Notes under the pieces: generated by a model
What the model saw: only the letters and a program-made list of their open reading frames with translations
Told to the model about the DNA's origin: nothing
The model's database searches: none
In this document: positions 56,908-64,000 of the stretch, piece after piece
How the letters are laid out: the number at the start of each line of letters is the position of its first letter
Numbering within the stretch: the stretch's first letter is position 1
Position numbers and translations under genes: made by a program
Assembly: GCA_021781955.1 (NCBI GenBank)
Contig: JAJXVV010000003.1
Location: 27,933-91,932 of the forward strand
DNA from: a bacterium
GTDB lineage: Bacteria > Patescibacteriota > Minisyncoccia > Phycocordibacterales > UBA2100
DNA length: 64,000 nt
Direction: 5' to 3'

Positions 56908-57834
56908 ATGTACGTACTTTCGTTCGTCCTCAATGCAATCGTGGTCTCGGCCCTCTCACCGCTTGCGGTCGGGCTCATTCGCACACTTAAGGCTCGGATA
57001 CAGGTGCGCGTCGGGGCAGACCCGTTCCAGCCGTATCGCGACCTCTCGAAGCTCTTTCGCAAGGATGAGGTCATATCTGAGGACGCGTCATGGATATTCA
57101 CTGCCTCACCCTACATCGTGTTCGGCACGACGCTCGCGCTCGCAGCTGGCGTGCCGATCCTCTCCTCCGCGCTCACGTTCGCGCCGCTCAGCGACATGCT
57201 CGTGTTCGTGTACATGCTCGCTGTCGGCACCTTCTTTCTCGCGCTTTCCGGTATCGACGCCGGCAGCGGCTTCGGGGGCTTCGGCGCGAGCCGCGAAATG
57301 ACGATCGCGGCGCTGACGGAAGGCGGCCTCATACTCTCGCTTGCGGCGCTCGCACTCCTGACCGGCAGCAGCATGTTCCTGACGATGGCGAGCGTGACGA
57401 TGACGCTTCCGCTCGCGAAAGTGCTGCCGCTCATTATCGCCGCTGCCGCTTTCTTCATTGCTCTCCTTGCCGAGAACGCGCGTTACCCCGTCGACAACCC
57501 GGCGACCCATCTCGAGCTCACCATGGTACATGAGGCGATGCTTCTGGAACATTCCGGCAAAGGGCTCGCGCTCATGGAATGGTCGGCGTCGAACAAGCTG
57601 CTCATATTCACCGCGATATTCGTGAACGTGTTCCTGCCGTGGGGTTCCCCGACGAGCCCTGGCCTCGCCGCCCTGTTCGTCGGCGCGATATGGTTCGCGC
57701 TCAAAACGCTTGCCGTCCTCGCGGGCATCGCATGCATCGAATCGGGCATGGCGAAGTTCCGGATATTCCGCGTTCCCGACCTCCTTTTCACGTCGTTCGT
57801 CCTGAGTGTGATCGCCATCGTCCTTACCGTATGA
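56908..57834 (+). CDS. NuoH/HycD-like membrane subunit
   Basis: Colinear with HycD/NuoH (RIQVRVGADPFQPYRDLSKLF, ARYPVDNPATHLEL, EW). Confidence 0.8.
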   Translation: MYVLSFVLNAIVVSALSPLAVGLIRTLKARIQVRVGADPFQPYRDLSKLFRKDEVISEDASWIFTASPYIVFGTTLALAAGVPILSSALTFAPLSDMLVFVYMLAVGTFFLALSGIDAGSGFGGFGASREMTIAALTEGGLILSLAALALLTGSSMFLTMASVTMTLPLAKVLPLIIAAAAFFIALLAENARYPVDNPATHLELTMVHEAMLLEHSGKGLALMEWSASNKLLIFTAIFVNVFLPWGSPTSPGLAALFVGAIWFALKTLAVLAGIACIESGMAKFRIFRVPDLLFTSFVLSVIAIVLTV

Positions 57835-58481
57835 TATTCGGTCTCGACATACTCACGGTCTGCGCGAGCCTCGTCTTTTTGCTCGCGCTCCTGATGAACC
57901 TCGTTCGCAAGAATACGACCTTAATATCGCTCTACGTCATCCAATCGGTCGCCATCGCGGCAGCGCTCGCGGTCCTGGGCGGTACCGATGGCGAGACGGG
58001 ATTGGTGTACGCCGCGCTCCTGACGCTCGCGGTCAAAGGCGTCATAGCGCCGACCTTCCTCTATCGTCTCATTAGCAAATATTCCGGGCATTTTTCCGCA
58101 GCATCCTACCTCTCGATGCCGCCAACGCTCGTCGGCCTCGCCTGCATGACCGCATTCTCCTTCCTCCTGGCGCCGCACCTTCCCTTTGCCGGCGTGAGCG
58201 CGGTCCCGCTCCTGTTCGCTGGCATATTCAGCGCGCTATTCCTCATGATCAATCGACGCGGTGCGCTCTCAGCCGTGGTCGGGGTACTCGCGCTTGAGAA
58301 CGCGGCCGTGCTGCTCTCTTCGACCCTTGGAGCGGTACATACCTTCGCGCTCGAATTCACGATCGCGTTCGATATCGCGGTATGGGTCGCCATCGCCACG
58401 GCATTCCTTCACATGATGCACCGCCAGTTCGGTATCGTCGACACCGACACGCGCCTCATATCGCGCCTCACGGAAGAATAA
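57831..58481 (+). CDS. HyfE/NuoK-related small membrane subunit
   Basis: 216-aa 6-7 TM protein. ATGA overlap with the upstream stop, and it sits where hyfE lies in hyf clusters. Confidence 0.55.
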   Translation: MIFGLDILTVCASLVFLLALLMNLVRKNTTLISLYVIQSVAIAAALAVLGGTDGETGLVYAALLTLAVKGVIAPTFLYRLISKYSGHFSAASYLSMPPTLVGLACMTAFSFLLAPHLPFAGVSAVPLLFAGIFSALFLMINRRGALSAVVGVLALENAAVLLSSTLGAVHTFALEFTIAFDIAVWVAIATAFLHMMHRQFGIVDTDTRLISRLTEE

Positions 58482-58484
58482 CGT

Positions 58485-59939
58485 ATGATCATCTACCTTC
58501 TCCTCATCGCACCGCTCGTTGCCGCCGCCCTCACCGCCCTCATGCCGCGCGGGAAGAAGTGGCTCATCGAGTATGGCGCGCTCGGCGCGGCCTGCGTTGA
58601 ACTACTCATGGCCTGCATGATCGTCGCGGGCGTACTTGCGCACGGTGTCGTCAGAGCCTCTGCAGTGTTCGAGGCCGACGCGCTCGGCGCGTTCGTCGTG
58701 CTCTTCGTTTCCGTCGTCGGGCTCGCGGCGGCGATGCACTCGATCGGCCACTTGCGCGAGGAGATGCGGAAGCAGATCGTCGGGTTCAGCCGCGTCCGAC
58801 AATACTTCGTGCTTTTTCATCTCTTTTTCTTCGCCATGCTCGCTGCGGCGGTGACCGCAAGCCCCGTCCTGATGTGGGCGGCGATCGAGGCCACGACGCT
58901 CGCCTCTGCGTTCCTCGTTACCTTCTACAACAAGTCCTCAGCGCTGGAGGCAGGCTGGAAATTCCTCATCATCAATTCAGTCGGACTGCTGCTCGGCTTC
59001 TTGGGGACCTTGCTATTCCTTTCGGCTGCGGGCAGCGCGGGCGCGTCCGGCGCGTTCGTCACGTGGCACACGCTGCTCGGACTCTCGCCAGCGCTTAATC
59101 CCCTGCTCGTCAAGATCGCGTTCGTGTTCATCCTCGTAGGGTTCGGCACCAAAACCGGGTTCGTACCGATGCACACCTGGCTTCCCGACGCGCACTCAAA
59201 AGCTCCCATCCCGATCTCCGCGCTCCTCTCGGGCGTTCTCCTCAATATCGCGCTCATCGGTATCCTGCGTTTCCGTGCGGTCGTTGATACCGTGGTCGAC
59301 CCCTCGTTCTCATCGCATCTCCTGATCGGCTTCGGCGTCCTGTCCCTCGTCGTGGCCTCGTTCATCATCTACGCGCAGAAGAATTACAAGCGTCTTCTCG
59401 CCTACTCATCGATCGAGCACATGGGCATCATCGCGATCGGTTTCGGCATCGGAGGCCCAGGCACGGTGTTCGCGATCTTCCATCTTCTCTACCACGCGCT
59501 TCTCAAGCCGATCCTGTTCTTCTCGGCGGGCAACTTCTTTCTCAAGTATAGCTCTACGAAGATCGCGCGAGTGCGCGGCGCCCTGACAGCAATTCCGGTA
59601 TCCGCCACGCTCTTCTTCGTCGCATTGTTGGCCGTGGCGGGGACCCCTCCCTCAGGCATGTTCTTCACGGAACTCGGTATCCTGAGCGCGGGTGCGCGGA
59701 CCTACCCCTATCTCATACCCTTCGTGCTCGCAGCGCTTCTCATCAGCTTTGCCGGATTCATCAAGCAAGGGAGCGCCATGTTGTTCGGCGAGGCGCCCGC
59801 CGAAATCGCGAAAGGCGAGGCGAATAGCTGGACCATCGCCTCGATCGTATTCCTCTTCCTCGTATTCGCGACGATCAGTATCATGGTCCCATTCCCACTT
59901 TATGAGCTCGTGCAACACGCCGCGTCACTCGTCAGTTGA
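58485..59939 (+). CDS. NuoN/NuoM/HyfF-like antiporter-type membrane subunit
   Basis: 484-aa polytopic protein with antiporter blocks (GFGTKTGFVPMHTWLPDAHSKAPIPISALLSG). Confidence 0.8.
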   Translation: MIIYLLLIAPLVAAALTALMPRGKKWLIEYGALGAACVELLMACMIVAGVLAHGVVRASAVFEADALGAFVVLFVSVVGLAAAMHSIGHLREEMRKQIVGFSRVRQYFVLFHLFFFAMLAAAVTASPVLMWAAIEATTLASAFLVTFYNKSSALEAGWKFLIINSVGLLLGFLGTLLFLSAAGSAGASGAFVTWHTLLGLSPALNPLLVKIAFVFILVGFGTKTGFVPMHTWLPDAHSKAPIPISALLSGVLLNIALIGILRFRAVVDTVVDPSFSSHLLIGFGVLSLVVASFIIYAQKNYKRLLAYSSIEHMGIIAIGFGIGGPGTVFAIFHLLYHALLKPILFFSAGNFFLKYSSTKIARVRGALTAIPVSATLFFVALLAVAGTPPSGMFFTELGILSAGARTYPYLIPFVLAALLISFAGFIKQGSAMLFGEAPAEIAKGEANSWTIASIVFLFLVFATISIMVPFPLYELVQHAASLVS

Positions 59940-59940
59940 T

Positions 59941-61494
59941 ATGAACGACCAACACATCATCCAACGCTACTTGTCCGATCGCATCCCGGAGCGCAGCGGC
60001 AACACCCTCGTGGTGCGCGCGGAAGCGCACGAACTCACCGACCTGTTCCGAACGCTCATTGACGCGCTTCCGTTCATCTCGATGTTCGCGACCGACGAGT
60101 ACGGCTCGTTCAGTATTCGGTACGTGTTCGGCGTTCCGCACGAAAACGCGTTCATCGTCGTGCTGCTCCCGCTTTCCGGCACCGCGTTCCCGTCGCTCGC
60201 CCGCGAATTCCCCTGCACCGCCCTCTACGAGCGGCTTTGCATGACCATGTTCGGTCTCACGGCCGAAGGACACCCGGATCCGCGCACCGTCACCCTGCAC
60301 GAAGAGAACTGGCCGCGCGACACGTACCCGATGCGTACATCGTTCGAATGGAACACCCGCGTACCCATGCGGGGATCAGGCACGTACCGCTTCCATGAGG
60401 TCAGCGGTGAGGGCATCTACGAGATACCGGTCGGCCCGGTGCATGCTGGCATCATCGAACCGGGCAATTTCCGCTTCAGCGTCGCGGGCGAGGAGATCAT
60501 CGCGCTCGAAGCGCGTTTGGGCTGGGTGCACAAAGGCACCGAAAAGCTCTTCGAGCATCTCGCCATGAGCCAACACCCGGCACTCGCGGAGCATGTTTCC
60601 GGCGACAGCTCTTTCGCGCATTCGCTCGCATACTGTCAAGCGATCGAAGTCTTAACGGGCACCGCGGTACCGGAGCGCGCACGCTACCTGCGCACCGTAT
60701 TCGGCGAGCTGGAGCGGCTGACCATGCACCTATTCGATATCGGGAACATCTGCGGCAACGGGACCGGATTTACGTTCATGGCGACGCAGGGGTTCCGCAT
60801 GACCGAAGAACTGCGTCGCCTTTCGCAGCGGCTCGCGGGGAACCGTTTCTGGCGATCGATCAACCTGCCCGGCGGTGTCACCAAAGACATCTCCGCCGAC
60901 GATGCGCGACAGCTCACGACGTTCCTCGGCGCACTCAAGGAGGATTTCGCCGACATGATGAACGTCGCCGACCAGAGCGCTTCCCTCGCGAATCGCTTGC
61001 AGGGCACCGGCACCCTCTCGCGCGTCGTCGCGCAAGAGAACCACGCAACAGGCGTAGCCGCGCGCTGCGTGGGGATCGAGAAGGACGTCCGGGTCGAATA
61101 TCCCTACGCCGCGTACGATTCGCTCAAGCCGGACGTCGTAACGGAACAGGCGGGCGACGTCGACGCACGCGTCAAGGTGCGCGTGCGCGAGGTCTATGAA
61201 TCGATCCGGCTTATCGTCTTGGCGCTTGAGCGCCTGCCACGAGGCCCTCTCGCCACCACAATCCGCACGCTGCCGAGCAAGGGCATGGCGGTCGGTCTCA
61301 CGGAAAGCTGGCGCGGAGAGATCGCCTACGCGGTCATCACCGACGACCAAGGGGCGATCGCGCGGGTCGCTGTCCGAGACCCGTCATTCGTGCATTGGCA
61401 GCTTTTCCCGCATATGGTAGGACGCGACATGGTGCCTGATTTCCCTCTCATAAACAAAAGTCTCAACCTTTCGTATACTGGTAACGACCTGTAG
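59941..61494 (+). CDS. HycE-like large subunit (NuoC-NuoD fusion), degenerate (NiFe-ligating Cys absent)
   Basis: NuoC-like N-terminal half then a NuoD/HycE-like half (IPVGPVHAGIIEPGNFRF, RLGWVHKGTEK, AYCQAIEVLTG, RTVFGELERL). The expected CxxC site reads VSGDSSFAH and the C-terminal CxxC site reads DFPLINKSLN. Confidence 0.8.
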   Translation: MNDQHIIQRYLSDRIPERSGNTLVVRAEAHELTDLFRTLIDALPFISMFATDEYGSFSIRYVFGVPHENAFIVVLLPLSGTAFPSLAREFPCTALYERLCMTMFGLTAEGHPDPRTVTLHEENWPRDTYPMRTSFEWNTRVPMRGSGTYRFHEVSGEGIYEIPVGPVHAGIIEPGNFRFSVAGEEIIALEARLGWVHKGTEKLFEHLAMSQHPALAEHVSGDSSFAHSLAYCQAIEVLTGTAVPERARYLRTVFGELERLTMHLFDIGNICGNGTGFTFMATQGFRMTEELRRLSQRLAGNRFWRSINLPGGVTKDISADDARQLTTFLGALKEDFADMMNVADQSASLANRLQGTGTLSRVVAQENHATGVAARCVGIEKDVRVEYPYAAYDSLKPDVVTEQAGDVDARVKVRVREVYESIRLIVLALERLPRGPLATTIRTLPSKGMAVGLTESWRGEIAYAVITDDQGAIARVAVRDPSFVHWQLFPHMVGRDMVPDFPLINKSLNLSYTGNDL

Positions 61495-61568
61495 GGCTAA
61501 ACCCGCAGACATGGTTCTCGGACACTCCTGGCACGAGCGAATCATCGGAAATGCCGTATACTTGTCGC

Positions 61569-62117
61569 ATGAAGCGGCAATCGATATTCGGGCTCGCCGT
61601 GCTCGTCTTCTTCATTTTCGGCGGCGTGTGGTATGCGTTTACGTACCCTGCGCAAATCACCGGCCTCCTAGCCGGCAACTCTTCAGGCGGCGCGCCAAGC
61701 GGCGCGAGCCAACCATCGCAGCCGACCGTGCAGTCCGGCGTGCCGCTGGTGAACGGCAATGGCCAGAACATCGGCGGCAATCTCACGCTTGGCATATACG
61801 ACGACCCGCGTCTCGGTGCCTATCTTACCGGCTACACCGGCAACGCGGTGTACACCTTCGCCCGCGATCAGGTCGGCACCTCCACCTGCTACGGCACGTG
61901 CGCGCAGCTATGGCCGCCATACACCGTTTCCGGCACGTTGCAGTTCAACCTTCAGCCCGGCGTGAACCAAACACTCGTCGGTACGATCACGCGTACGGAT
62001 AACACCGAGCAACTCACCTACCGCGGCCTCCCGCTCTACTTCTATGCACCCGACCAGAGCGCCTCCCAAGCAAAAGGCCAAGGCGTGGGCGGCCTGTGGT
62101 ACGTCGTGACTCCGTAG
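61569..62117 (+). CDS. secreted protein with tandem lipoprotein-15-like (COG4315-type) repeats
   Basis: Signal anchor. Repeats NAVYTFARDQ...TCYGTCAQLWPPY and LTYRGLPLYFYAPDQS...GQGVGGLWYVV. Confidence 0.5.
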   Translation: MKRQSIFGLAVLVFFIFGGVWYAFTYPAQITGLLAGNSSGGAPSGASQPSQPTVQSGVPLVNGNGQNIGGNLTLGIYDDPRLGAYLTGYTGNAVYTFARDQVGTSTCYGTCAQLWPPYTVSGTLQFNLQPGVNQTLVGTITRTDNTEQLTYRGLPLYFYAPDQSASQAKGQGVGGLWYVVTP

Positions 62118-62123
62118 AGTCGT

Positions 62124-63404
<1,281 letters not shown>

Positions 63405-63524
63405 AGATATCCACAGGCCCCGAGTACAGAATCCGCCCGGAACGGGCGTTCCTGTACCCTCTTCTACCCTAAAATGGCTCTATTTCTTTCAAAAACAGGC
63501 ATTTGAGGGGCAAGGTGGACAAGT

Positions 63525-64000
63525 TTACACGGTATCGTGTAATTGTGCAATTTTCGTTGTCAACAGTTTATGCACAGAAATGAGGCGCTCGATCTCGGCC
63601 TCGTCGTGCTCGTTTTCGGCCTTTTTGAGCGCGACGGCGGTCTGTGAGAGCTCGCGCGCGGCACGATCCTTCGCGAGAAAGCGCAGGAGCGTATTCGCTT
63701 CGCGAGAAAGCGACGTGCTCGCGCCGAAAAGCCATTCGGCCTCGAAACGGAGTGCTTCTTGCTCGCTCTTATCAAGCGCCCGCATCGCGGCGAGCACCTT
63801 CTCGCCGATCACCTCCGTCATATCCTGCTCGAACGTCGCGAGATCAATCTGCGGCTCTCGTAGCGAGCGCTGCCAGAGCAAGAGCGCGAACGCTTGCTTC
63901 TCTCTGCTGTGGCCGTTCGCTGGCGCGGCTGCGGCTCGCGTGGCGCTCGGCGCCGGAGCGGTCGATGCGGATCCCGGGCCGTCCGCAGGCGCGACTGGAA
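63525..64000 (-). CDS. partial CDS upstream of rpoD (C-terminal part), possibly DNA primase C-terminal helical domain
   Basis: The open frame continues without a stop to the window end. It is helical, sits upstream of rpoD as dnaG usually does, and has no catalytic motifs within the window. Confidence 0.3.
   Translation of the reverse strand, partial: PVAPADGPGSASTAPAPSATRAAAAPANGHSREKQAFALLLWQRSLREPQIDLATFEQDMTEVIGEKVLAAMRALDKSEQEALRFEAEWLFGASTSLSREANTLLRFLAKDRAARELSQTAVALKKAENEHDEAEIERLISVHKLLTTKIAQLHDTV

Noticed and set aside
54328-61494. Annotating the cluster as a functional formate hydrogenlyase / Ech [NiFe] hydrogenase
   Set aside because: All Cys ligands for the NiFe site and the proximal Fe-S cluster are substituted and no HycF-like or maturation genes are adjacent. 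It is called Ehr-like or degenerate instead.

Overview
This is a high-GC (about 60%) bacterial chromosomal segment with compact, frequently overlapping genes, many GTG/TTG starts and tRNA genes that do not encode CCA. No rRNA gene or CRISPR array was seen. Core genes present: pyrF (partial), tdh, kbl, mntH, tsaC, tsaD, valS, rpoD, hsp20, prsW, and tRNA-Ser(CGA), tRNA-Glu(TTC) and tRNA-Val(GAC). Accessory content: two adjacent tripartite efflux systems (RND plus adaptor; MacAB-like ATPase, FtsX permease and adaptor); a patatin; MFS transporters; a Zn-ADH; an ABC-2 exporter with a two-component system and DedA; and an ECF sigma/anti-sigma pair.

The three strongest observations are:
- **Ehr-like complex (54.3-61.5 kb).** A six-gene group-4 [NiFe]-hydrogenase / complex-I-like cluster in which the large subunit has lost all four NiFe-ligating Cys, the NuoB/HycG-like small subunit has lost all four [4Fe-4S] Cys, and no ferredoxin-like subunit is encoded.
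- **Candidate integrated element (17.2-37.8 kb).** A segment of about 20.6 kb bounded by a 30-bp direct repeat, one copy abutting tRNA-Ser. It carries a ParB-methyltransferase fusion, an XRE regulator, an AT-rich orphan gene, a large serine recombinase and a tightly packed HNH-like / DUF4238-like / unknown three-gene cassette that is a candidate undescribed defence module.
- **Covalent flavinylation locus (39.5-43.1 kb).** FMN-binding protein, ApbE, a second FMN-binding protein, and a membrane FNR-like reductase.

Two families of small repeats were also found: an 82-86 nt hairpin with a conserved 34-nt loop and covarying stems (two copies, one forming the ApbE C-terminus), and a palindromic 19-mer present as a tandem in-frame insert inside valS and again at 52.2 kb.
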